Below, piece after piece: positions 51,405 to 59,422 of a stretch of DNA of 64,000 nt. The notes beneath the pieces are model-generated. The model was not told where the DNA came from and made no database searches. It saw nothing but the letters and a program-made list of their open reading frames with translations. Numbering within the stretch: position 1 is the first letter of the stretch; each line of letters starts with the position of its first letter. Origin of the DNA: Candidatus Buchananbacteria bacterium CG10_big_fil_rev_8_21_14_0_10_33_19 (lineage in GTDB: Bacteria > Patescibacteriota > Patescibacteriia > 2-01-FULL-39-33); NCBI GenBank assembly GCA_002773855.1, contig PEZY01000005.1, positions 122,532 to 186,531 of the forward strand, given 5' to 3'. Position numbers and translations under genes: made by a program.

Positions 51405-52454
51405 ATGGCTCTCTCAGTTGGCATTGTCGGATTACCGAATGTTGGTAAATCCACTCTTTTTAAAGCTTTAACTAAAAAACAAGTTGACGCTTCTAATTAC
51501 CCATTTTGTACCATTGATCCCAACGTTGGGGTGGTTGCTGTACCAGACGAACGTCTAGATCAATTAGCTAAAGTTTCTGGCTCTCAAAAAATACTACCCA
51601 CCGCCATTGAATTTGTCGATATTGCTGGGCTAGTGGCTGGCGCTCACAAAGGTGAGGGCTTAGGTAATAAATTTCTAGCTAATATCAGAAACACTGATGC
51701 TATTGTTCAAGTTCTTAGACATTTCACTGATAAAGATGTGGCCCACGTTCATGGTAAAGTTGACCCAGAATCTGACAAAGGCACAATTAATTTAGAATTA
51801 ATTTTTGCCGATTTATCTAGTGTCGAAAATCGACTAAACAAAAATGAAAAATTAGCCAGAAGCAATGACAAAGAAGCCAAAGAGTTGCAACCAATTTTAT
51901 TAAAACTAAAACAAGGTTTGGAAAATGAACAATTGGCTATAAATATAATTACTGATGAAGAGGAAAAGGCCTTGGTTAAAGATTTAAATCTCTTGACTAT
52001 GAAGCCAATGATTTATGTTTTAAATGTAGATGAAGACAATGTTTTTCAAGAAACTGATTACATTGCCATTTCTGCTAAAATCGAAGCTGACCTATCAGAA
52101 TTGTCATATGACGAAGCTCAAGAATATTTAACCGAATTAAAACTAGACTCTTCGGGCTTAGATAAATTAATCAGAAAAGCTTATGAGACATTAAACTTGA
52201 TTACTTTTTTTACTTCTGGCCCCCAAGAAGCCCGAGCCTGGACCATTAAAAAAGGTTCCAAGGCGCCACAAGCCGCTGGTGTTATTCATACCGATTTTGA
52301 AAAAGGCTTTATTAGAGCCGAAGTAATTAATTGGCAAGATTTTATTGAGTGTGGTGGTGAAGTCAAAGCCAAAGAAAAAGGTTTAATTAGATTAGAGGGT
52401 AAGGATTATGTCATGGCTGATGGTGATGTTTGCCATTTTAGATTTGCTACTTAA
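51405..52454 (+). CDS. ychF: Ribosome-binding ATPase YchF (Obg-family, C-terminal TGS domain)
   Basis: G1 GIVGLPNVGKST, conserved TIDPNVG, TGS-like C-terminus. 349 aa. Confidence 0.85.
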   Translation: MALSVGIVGLPNVGKSTLFKALTKKQVDASNYPFCTIDPNVGVVAVPDERLDQLAKVSGSQKILPTAIEFVDIAGLVAGAHKGEGLGNKFLANIRNTDAIVQVLRHFTDKDVAHVHGKVDPESDKGTINLELIFADLSSVENRLNKNEKLARSNDKEAKELQPILLKLKQGLENEQLAINIITDEEEKALVKDLNLLTMKPMIYVLNVDEDNVFQETDYIAISAKIEADLSELSYDEAQEYLTELKLDSSGLDKLIRKAYETLNLITFFTSGPQEARAWTIKKGSKAPQAAGVIHTDFEKGFIRAEVINWQDFIECGGEVKAKEKGLIRLEGKDYVMADGDVCHFRFAT

Positions 52455-52615
52455 GTTAAATATATGGATGATGATGCCAAATTAAAAATAATACTTTATA
52501 CCATTGCCATACTTTCGGCAATAGCGGTTATTGGTGTTTGGGAAAATTTTATTAAGCCAATTGCTATATTTTTTACTGAATATATTAGTGTAGTTTAGGT
52601 TGATTTTATTATTTA

Positions 52616-52648
52616 CTAACAACGTTACTAGCGTTGTTTTTTTTATTT
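52616..52648 (+). terminator. Rho-independent terminator after ychF (CTAACAACG-TTACTAG-CGTTGTTTTTTTTT)
   Basis: Stem-loop plus a 9-T run. Confidence 0.6.
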
Positions 52649-52959
52649 GATATATTTCTTTTATCCTATTTCTTAAAAAGAATATTTCTCTTATTAATTT
52701 TTATTACTAATTATCTTTAATAATAACCTTCTCTCCTACTTCTTTAGAAGAAGTAGGACAAGAATCGCCAGTGAACTCCTTCGTCTATAAAATACCCTTT
52801 AAACTTTATTGGTTTCCAAACTCATTAATTTCATCTATTTATATTGGTCGAAATTAATTCAGACATGCGAAAACTTGGCTTATATAAATAAGCCAACATA
52901 AAGTTTAAAAGGCATTTTATGAAGACTCAGTCGTTATACTGGCCCTATTTATTAATATA

Positions 52960-53137
52960 TTTTATAAATAAATTCGAGCATATGAAAATTTGGATTAAAC
53001 GGAAAGTAAAATGAGTTACAAAGTTTTTACTGTTTGAGGTGATAGCCGAGTTTAAAAACTTTGTTAGAATTTTACTTGAAGTGCCAAATTTTCATCGCTC
53101 GGAGCTTTTGGTTACTTTTGGCAATACAAAAGTAACA
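52960..53137 (+). repeat. ~178-bp structured direct repeat, copy 1 (left boundary of the GC-rich islet). Nested inverted repeats ATGAAAATTTGG/CCAAATTTTCAT and ACAAAGTTTTTA/TAAAAACTTTGT, and a 3' hairpin GTTACTTTTGGCAATACAAAAGTAAC.
   Basis: Near-identical (about 5 mismatches) to 54398-54576. Internal palindromic arms seen directly. Confidence 0.85.
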
Positions 53138-53320
53138 GAAAAAGGAAGTAAAAAAGTGACGAAAAGAGATTTTACTTTCAAAAATACTAATAACGTATTG
53201 TGGATAAAATAACCAACTTATTTACTTACCACACTATATTTATAGTAAAATAGACAAATAAAAAATATCAAAAAAATATCCAAAATAAGCCAAAAAATAA
53301 TAAATATCCACCCCTACCAC

Positions 53321-53349
53321 TTGACAAAATTTGATAGGTGTGCTATAGT
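53321..53349 (+). promoter_or_regulatory. Consensus sigma70 promoter (TTGACA-17nt-TATAGT) driving the GC-rich gene, followed by a ~100-nt leader
   Basis: Perfect -35, 17-nt spacer, near-consensus -10. ATG at 53452 preceded by GGAG. Confidence 0.55.
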
Positions 53350-53451
53350 TTAACTATCGCACAACGCGAGACCTATACTTTATTGGTGTGGGTCGTACTT
53401 TTTAGCAAGACCAAGGGAATTACCCCACGGTCAAAATTGGAGATTTCTAAA

Positions 53452-54264
53452 ATGAAAAAGCGTATTGAATCCAGATTTACGACGGAAATGCAGAATGTCC
53501 CGGCCCAGCTCGTCCTCACCGGCGAGTGTGTCAAACCCGGCCTTGAGGCGCTAGACGCCATCGATGGCCTCGACGATTTCACCGCCAGAGTGAGGGTGAA
53601 GGGTGATGGCTCCAAAGCCGTCATTACAGTGCCGGGATTGAATATCGAGCGGCTAGTGGCCGAAGTGGCCGCCAAAATCGAGATCAATCTGTCCGACATC
53701 CCCGAAAAAGATGGCGGGATCTGGCTCAACAAAGCCGTCCCCCAGTGCATCCCGGTCAAAGACCAGGACATCAAGATTGTCGAAGAAGGTGGTTTCACCT
53801 ACTGGGCAGTTCGCATGATCCTGGGCATCGGGTTCAGTAACCGGTTCTCGATGGTCGAAATCCTGTTGCCCACCGAAAGACGGCAGGAGGCCAGGACCTT
53901 CATCTATCGGGTTCAAAAGTTTCTGAACAAGATGGATGGAGTTATGCCCGATAGCAGAGCACAGACCTTCGGCAACCAGAATACGGCCGTGGCTTTCGCC
54001 TTCGGACAGAGCGACCCACAGAACTTGGAAGGCATGGCCAAAGTGGCCAAGACAATGCTCTACAAGTTTGTTGGTGAAGCGACTGTTTGCCTCTACAGCA
54101 AGAGGGACTCAGCGGCCAAAACCGGTCGGCAAATGCACTTCGCCACCTCGGTATCGGTAGAGCAATCGATGGCGACCCTGGCGGACGCCTTCGACCTGGC
54201 CGACTTCTCTTTTGAGGAAGCCATAGCCGAAGACACCGCGGTCACCGAGACCGCCGCCATCTAA
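53452..54264 (+). CDS. Uncharacterised protein, paralogue B (270 aa), encoded in ~57% GC DNA. Start at MKKRIESR; the ORF-track start at 53338 lies within the promoter.
   Basis: Strong compositional anomaly (GCC/CTG/GGC-rich codons) against the ~33% GC background. Homologous to 49829..50566. Own promoter, RBS and terminators. Confidence 0.6.
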   Translation: MKKRIESRFTTEMQNVPAQLVLTGECVKPGLEALDAIDGLDDFTARVRVKGDGSKAVITVPGLNIERLVAEVAAKIEINLSDIPEKDGGIWLNKAVPQCIPVKDQDIKIVEEGGFTYWAVRMILGIGFSNRFSMVEILLPTERRQEARTFIYRVQKFLNKMDGVMPDSRAQTFGNQNTAVAFAFGQSDPQNLEGMAKVAKTMLYKFVGEATVCLYSKRDSAAKTGRQMHFATSVSVEQSMATLADAFDLADFSFEEAIAEDTAVTETAAI

Positions 54265-54285
54265 GGCACACACCCACCCACACCC

Positions 54286-54315
54286 GAGGGCGGATCACAA
54301 CGTTGATCCGCCCTC
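54286..54315 (+). terminator. GC-rich 12-bp hairpin GAGGGCGGATCA-CAACGT-TGATCCGCCCTC immediately after the islet CDS
   Basis: Perfect inverted repeat. No strong T-run, so it may act with the next hairpin. Confidence 0.45.
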
Positions 54316-54339
54316 AAATTATTTATACTTACTTTTACT

Positions 54340-54363
54340 CAGCACTACTGTGCTGTTTTTTTA
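54340..54363 (+). terminator. Rho-independent terminator CAGCAC-TACT-GTGCTGTTTTTTT
   Basis: 6-bp stem plus a 7-T run. Confidence 0.55.
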
Positions 54364-54397
54364 TTTAATATTTTTTAATGTTTGAATTTTTATAATA

Positions 54398-54576
54398 AAT
54401 ATATAAATAAATTCGAGCATATGAAAATTTGGATTAAACGGAAAGTAAAATGAGTTACAAAGTTTTTATTGTTTGAGGCTTTAGCCGAGTTTAAAAACTT
54501 TGTTAGAATTTTACTTGGAGTGCCAAATTTTCATCGCTCGGAGCTTTTGGTTACTTTTGGCGGTACAAAAGTAACA
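54398..54576 (+). repeat. ~178-bp structured direct repeat, copy 2 (right boundary of the GC-rich islet)
   Basis: See copy 1. Followed by additional related hairpin units: GGTACTTTTTCTAAAAAAGTACC at ~54606-54628 and GTTACTTTTTGTTATCAAAAAGTGAC at ~54658-54684. Confidence 0.85.
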
Positions 54577-54842
54577 AAGAAAAATTACTGTCGCGATTTT
54601 TGCGGTACTTTTTCTAAAAAAGTACCAATGTGATTTAGAATATAATCATGGCTCGTAGTTTTTGTGTTACTTTTTGTTATCAAAAAGTGACGAGAAGAAT
54701 AATTATCAAAGAAAATTAGATTGCTTCGTCCCTCGCAATGACGATATAGGTCAAGAGATTGCTTCGTGCCCATGCCTACAACAGGCAGGCTCGCAATGAC
54801 AGAGATATTAAAATCTACAACAGTCAGATTCACAATAACAAA

Positions 54843-54876
54843 TGTATAGAGATATCTCCAGAGATATCTCTATACA
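54843..54876. repeat. 34-bp near-perfect palindrome TGTATAGAGATATCTC-CA-GAGATATCTCTATACA (contains nested GATATC palindromes) followed by TTTT
   Basis: 16-bp perfect arms. Location between the islet and the folD 3' end. Confidence 0.8.
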
Positions 54877-54892
54877 TTTTAAAAACCACAAA

Positions 54893-54928
54893 CAAAAAAA
54901 ACAACAGAATTATTTCTATTGTTTTTTT
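54893..54928 (-). terminator. Terminator for folD (AACAACAGAA-TTA-TTTCTATTGTT flanked by A/T runs), possibly bidirectional
   Basis: Imperfect 10-bp stem plus a T-run on the minus-strand sense, directly after the folD stop. Confidence 0.45.
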
Positions 54929-54935
54929 ATTCAAA

Positions 54936-55757
54936 TTAATTTAGTTTCAAATTTATCTCTAAAACATTTTTCAGTAAACAAGCCACCGTCAGTGGCCCCA
55001 CTCCACCTGGCACCGGTGACACGAAAGCCGCCACCTCTTTTACGCTATCATCAGCATCTCCCACAATCTGACCATTTAATTTATTTATACCAACGTCAAT
55101 TATAATTGCCTCTTTTTTAATCATTTCTTTCTGCAGTGAATTCGGCTGTCCCAAAGCAATAATCACAATATCGTAATCAGCACAATTATCTGGAATTTTA
55201 GAATCACGACTAACACTAGCTATACCAAAAACAGATAAATACTTATCCAACTTGGCGGTATAAATATCACTATTAGCTATCACTAAAGTTTTTTTACTAG
55301 TCAAATCTTCATTAGTATATTTAAGCAACTCCATAATGGCGGCAATAGTTGGTGGCGTCACCTGTTCACTAGCACCACTAGAAAAAAAGCCATCAACATC
55401 CTTGTCCTTAGATATTAAATCAATTATGGCTTGAGTTTCAAAACCTTTTGGTAGTGGCAACTGTAGTAGGATGCCATCAACATCAATATCTTTATTTAAA
55501 AATTCAATTAGCTCGGCTAATTCTTTTTCACTAATATTATCCGGACATAGATATTTATGAAAATTAATACCCACTTCCAAACAAGCTTTTTCTTTACGCT
55601 TAATATAAGACACTGAAGCCTCATTGTCACCCACTAGTACCACAGCCAAACCGGGCTTTTTATTTAAAGTAAATATCTTTTTAGCTAAATCTGATTTTAT
55701 TTTATCGGCCAATTCTTGACCATTTAATATTACAGCTGACATAATTTTATTTAACAC
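54936..55757 (-). CDS. folD: Bifunctional methylenetetrahydrofolate dehydrogenase/cyclohydrolase FolD
   Basis: PGGVGPLTVACLL and the NAD(P)-binding region. 273 aa. Confidence 0.85.
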   Translation of the reverse strand: MLNKIMSAVILNGQELADKIKSDLAKKIFTLNKKPGLAVVLVGDNEASVSYIKRKEKACLEVGINFHKYLCPDNISEKELAELIEFLNKDIDVDGILLQLPLPKGFETQAIIDLISKDKDVDGFFSSGASEQVTPPTIAAIMELLKYTNEDLTSKKTLVIANSDIYTAKLDKYLSVFGIASVSRDSKIPDNCADYDIVIIALGQPNSLQKEMIKKEAIIIDVGINKLNGQIVGDADDSVKEVAAFVSPVPGGVGPLTVACLLKNVLEINLKLN

Positions 55758-56985
55758 TATAGATAGGAAATTTCTTAGTTAATTTATTTACCAATGTTTT
55801 AATTTCCTGTTTTAATTTTATATTATTTGGATCTTTTAAAATAGCGGCAATCCAATGACCGATAATCATAATTTCTTTTTCGCCCATTCCACGAGTCGTT
55901 AAAGCCGGTGTCCCAATTCTAATTCCCGACGGATGAAACGGTGTGGCTGGATCATAGGGAATCATATTAGCATTAGTGTAAATACTAGCCTCGGCCAAGG
56001 CTTCGGCTCCCACTTTACCAGAAATATTTAGTGGCCGACAATCTACTAATACCAAATGATTTTCTGTACTATCAGCTATCAATTTAATACCATTATCCAT
56101 CAACACTTTTGCCAATATTTCAGCATTTACCACGGTTTGCTTTTGATCTTTTTTAAATTTATCGGTAGTGGCCTCAGCAAAAGCGATGGCTTTAGCCGCA
56201 ATAACATTTTCCAGTGGTCCACCCTGAAGTCCTGGAAAAACCGCTTTATCTATGTCCTTACTTAGACTAGATTTACAAATTATTATGGCACTTCTAGGTC
56301 CGCGCAAAGTTTTATGAGTGGTAGTGGTCACCACATCGGCCTCAGGAAATGGTGATGGATGAACGCCGCCAATTACTAGTCCGGCAATATGAGAAATATC
56401 GGCCAAGTGATAAGCACCAACTTTCTTAGCAATTTGTGAAATCTTTTTAAAATTTATTTTCTGAGTGTAAGCCGTCGCTCCCGAGACAATCATCTTGGGT
56501 TTTTCCCGCAAAGCTATGCGCTCAATTTCAGCATAATCAAATTTATTGGTTTTAGGATCAACACTATAATGAGCAAAATTAAAAAGCTTGCCAGAAAAAT
56601 TAACTGGTGAACCATGACTTAAATGTCCGCCCGCTCCCAAATCTAAAGCCAAAATCTTATCACCGGGTTTTAGTAATCCCAAATAAACAGCCATGTTAGC
56701 TGATGAACCCGAATGAGGTTGCACATTAACCTGCCATTTCTGATCAGATAAGCCAAACATTTCAAGAGCTAAATTTTGAGCTGTGATTTCAATTTGATCA
56801 ATAAATTCATTGCCAGTGTAATACCGCTTCCCAGGATATCCTTCGCTGTATTTATTAGATAATGGTGTGCCCATAGCCTCAAGTACATCTAAACTGGCAT
56901 AATTTTCACTAGCAATCATAACCAAGCCGTCTTGTTGACGCTTGGTTTCTTGATTAATTAATTTTTGGATGGATTTTTTATTCAT
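55747..56985 (-). CDS. glyA: Serine hydroxymethyltransferase
   Basis: GYPGKRYYTGNEFIDQIE and PLP-site TTTHKTLRGPRSAII. 412 aa. Confidence 0.9.
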   Translation of the reverse strand: MNKKSIQKLINQETKRQQDGLVMIASENYASLDVLEAMGTPLSNKYSEGYPGKRYYTGNEFIDQIEITAQNLALEMFGLSDQKWQVNVQPHSGSSANMAVYLGLLKPGDKILALDLGAGGHLSHGSPVNFSGKLFNFAHYSVDPKTNKFDYAEIERIALREKPKMIVSGATAYTQKINFKKISQIAKKVGAYHLADISHIAGLVIGGVHPSPFPEADVVTTTTHKTLRGPRSAIIICKSSLSKDIDKAVFPGLQGGPLENVIAAKAIAFAEATTDKFKKDQKQTVVNAEILAKVLMDNGIKLIADSTENHLVLVDCRPLNISGKVGAEALAEASIYTNANMIPYDPATPFHPSGIRIGTPALTTRGMGEKEIMIIGHWIAAILKDPNNIKLKQEIKTLVNKLTKKFPIYSVK

Positions 56986-57017
56986 TTGTTTATATTATAT
57001 CAAACAGTGACATTAAT

Positions 57018-58601
57018 TCAATTTAATGTTTTTGTCATATAAGTTCCCTCCAATTTATAACCAAACTTTTCATAATACCTTCTCACACCCACTCCCGCAA
57101 TAATCGCCATTTTATTCAGACCATTTTTTTGACATATTTCTTCGGCTTTCAGTAGTAATGCTGTGCCCAATCCTCCATGCTGCACATTACCCTTGTGGCC
57201 AATTTCGGTTAATTTACCATAAGTATGAAGCTCACGGATTAAGCCAGCTCCCACCAGCTCTGGAACAAAATTAGTCTGAGCCTTGCTATCAATTCTTAGT
57301 CGTAAAAAAGCATACAAAACCTTCTCATCCTTAGACTCATAACTCAAAAAATATTCCATCCCTTCATTGGCTTTATACGGTCTAACCTTTAATACTAAAT
57401 CATCTATAGTTTGTGGTATGGTGTGATGACGACCGACTTCTCGACACCTAATACAACGACAAGTCCAACCTTCTTTTTTAGATTGATTATCCAATAACTG
57501 TCGTAAATTAGTAATACTATTACCAGCCAAAATACTTTCTTCTGGAATATCTCTAATTAATCGAGTAATTCGCACATACTCTGGTGTAATTTTTTTAATA
57601 TTAACTAATAATTTATGGAGTTGTTTCTCGGTATAAGGTTTATATTTACCGCTCTTCCACCAGCCATATAGCTCAGCATGCTCATTAACCACACAGGGAT
57701 AAACTTTTACCATATCTGGCATAAAATCTGGATGGGTATACACCTTTTTAAACATAGCCAAATCCTTGGCTGGCGTAGAACCAGGCAAGTCGGGCATAAA
57801 ATGCATATTAATTTTAAAGCCAGCTTCCTTTAAGAGTCTAATGGCTCTAATACTGCGTTCAATAGTATGTCCCCTTTTGTTGTAAGCTAAAATTTTATTA
57901 TCAATATGCTGTAAACCAATCTCAACTCTCGTACAGCCAAATTTTCTCATTTCTAAAATTTCTTTTTGACTAATATAATCAGGTCGAGTCTCTAAAGTTA
58001 AACCAATACAACGATGTTGAGCTGATTCATTAACTTTTTGAGCCTCAAGTAAACTAGAAGACTTCTTACCATTTAAAGCTTCAAAGCATCTTTTAATATA
58101 CCAGTTCTTATAATGATGGGTGTGAGACGACCAAGTTCCACCAATAATAATTAATTCTATCTTATCGGTATTATGACCATTGGACTTAAGGGCTTTAAGT
58201 CTCATAGTAATTTGTCGATAAGGATCAAAATCATTTAAAATAGCTCGCATCACTGCTGGCTCATTAGATAAATAACTTTTAGGCATTCTAACTTCGGTTG
58301 GACAAAAAACACATTTACCCGGGCAAGGATAAGCTTTAGTCAAAACAGTAATCACCGCTACCCCAGACATTGTCCTCACTGCTCTTTTGGTCAATAATTT
58401 TTCCAATTCCAAACTCGGTTTAATTTTTTTAATTTTAATTAAACTATGATAAGCTGAAAGTAGCTTTGATTTTTCGGGTGGTGGAAAACCCATTTTACCA
58501 GCCTCTGTTCTCACCACAAACATAAATTCCTTAGTCGAAACCGGCTTAGCCACTATCAAAGCTTTAATTATTTTTTGTAACTGTATCTTGGTCATAAGCA
58601 T
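57018..58601 (-). CDS. Elp3-family radical-SAM / GNAT tRNA uridine(34) modification enzyme homologue
   Basis: Radical-SAM cluster motif CPGKCVFCP within an Elp3-like context (RTMSGVAVITVLTKAYPCPGKC..., DPYRQITMRLKALKSNGH, IIGGTWSS) and a C-terminal GNAT domain (QHGGLGTALLLKAEEI...RRYYEKFGY). 527 aa. Confidence 0.7.
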   Translation of the reverse strand: MLMTKIQLQKIIKALIVAKPVSTKEFMFVVRTEAGKMGFPPPEKSKLLSAYHSLIKIKKIKPSLELEKLLTKRAVRTMSGVAVITVLTKAYPCPGKCVFCPTEVRMPKSYLSNEPAVMRAILNDFDPYRQITMRLKALKSNGHNTDKIELIIIGGTWSSHTHHYKNWYIKRCFEALNGKKSSSLLEAQKVNESAQHRCIGLTLETRPDYISQKEILEMRKFGCTRVEIGLQHIDNKILAYNKRGHTIERSIRAIRLLKEAGFKINMHFMPDLPGSTPAKDLAMFKKVYTHPDFMPDMVKVYPCVVNEHAELYGWWKSGKYKPYTEKQLHKLLVNIKKITPEYVRITRLIRDIPEESILAGNSITNLRQLLDNQSKKEGWTCRCIRCREVGRHHTIPQTIDDLVLKVRPYKANEGMEYFLSYESKDEKVLYAFLRLRIDSKAQTNFVPELVGAGLIRELHTYGKLTEIGHKGNVQHGGLGTALLLKAEEICQKNGLNKMAIIAGVGVRRYYEKFGYKLEGTYMTKTLN

Positions 58602-59318
58602 ATGAATAAAAAAACTATAAAAAAAATCTTAGAAGCCACTCCTAGTCTCTACAATAAAATAGCAGAAGACTTTTATCAAACCAGAAAAAAACCCTGGCCA
58701 ATTACCGATTTAATAAAATCATACACTGACTCAGCTAAAAACATTATAGATATTGGCTGCGGCAGTGGTCGACTATCAGAATTAATTGCTGACAATCAAT
58801 ATTATCTAGGAATCGATAATTCCAGTGAGCTTATTAAGATTGCTCAGAATAATTATTATAACAGAAAAAACCTAACTTTTCAAGTCCAAGATATTACCGA
58901 TAATATCTTAACAACCAAGAAATTTGATTTGGGCTTAATGATTGCTGTTATTCATCATATACCTACTACTGAGTTACAATTAAAAATTCTCAAAAATATT
59001 TATAAATCTCTAGCTATAGGCGGCGATCTAATCATCACCTCCTGGAACTTATGGCAAAAAGATTATCGTCATCACTTATTTAATTATAAATTAAAATTCA
59101 GACAATATAAAATTCTATCTTTTAACGACGCCTTTATTCCTTGGAAAAAAAACAACGTCAATGAATCCAGATACGTTCATTCTTTTTCCAAAGCAGAATT
59201 AAAAAAATTACTAGAACTATCTGGTTTTCAAATACAAGAAATATTTTATGAGGCTAGTGGTCAAAAAACTTCTCGATTCAATGGTAAAAACTTAGTCGCC
59301 ATTGCTACCAAGAAATAA
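58602..59318 (+). CDS. Class I SAM-dependent methyltransferase
   Basis: Motif I IIDIGCGSGRLS. 238 aa. Confidence 0.6.
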   Translation: MNKKTIKKILEATPSLYNKIAEDFYQTRKKPWPITDLIKSYTDSAKNIIDIGCGSGRLSELIADNQYYLGIDNSSELIKIAQNNYYNRKNLTFQVQDITDNILTTKKFDLGLMIAVIHHIPTTELQLKILKNIYKSLAIGGDLIITSWNLWQKDYRHHLFNYKLKFRQYKILSFNDAFIPWKKNNVNESRYVHSFSKAELKKLLELSGFQIQEIFYEASGQKTSRFNGKNLVAIATKK

Positions 59319-59422
59319 TTAATATTTAATATTGTTATTTATTAATGCTATAATAGACTATAGTTTTAAAGTTAGTAAAAAAACATTATTTTACAACTTT
59401 TAAGTTTTCAACTAATAGGACT

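Noticed and set aside
53338-53451. ORF-track upstream extension of the GC-rich CDS (start at 53338, MCYSLTIAQRE...)
   Set aside because: The extension overlaps the consensus -10 element and leader. The ATG at 53452 has a GGAG RBS and begins the region homologous to paralogue A.
52960-54576. Diversity-generating retroelement template/variable repeat pair
   Set aside because: The two ~178-bp copies are both non-coding, their few mismatches are not adenine-specific, and no reverse transcriptase is present nearby.
54577-54842. Possible CRISPR array (short repeated words, hairpins)
   Set aside because: Repeats are of unequal length and irregular spacing (49 and 35 nt offsets, one copy with an internal insertion). 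There is no 28-37-nt unit recurring more than twice and no cas genes in the window.
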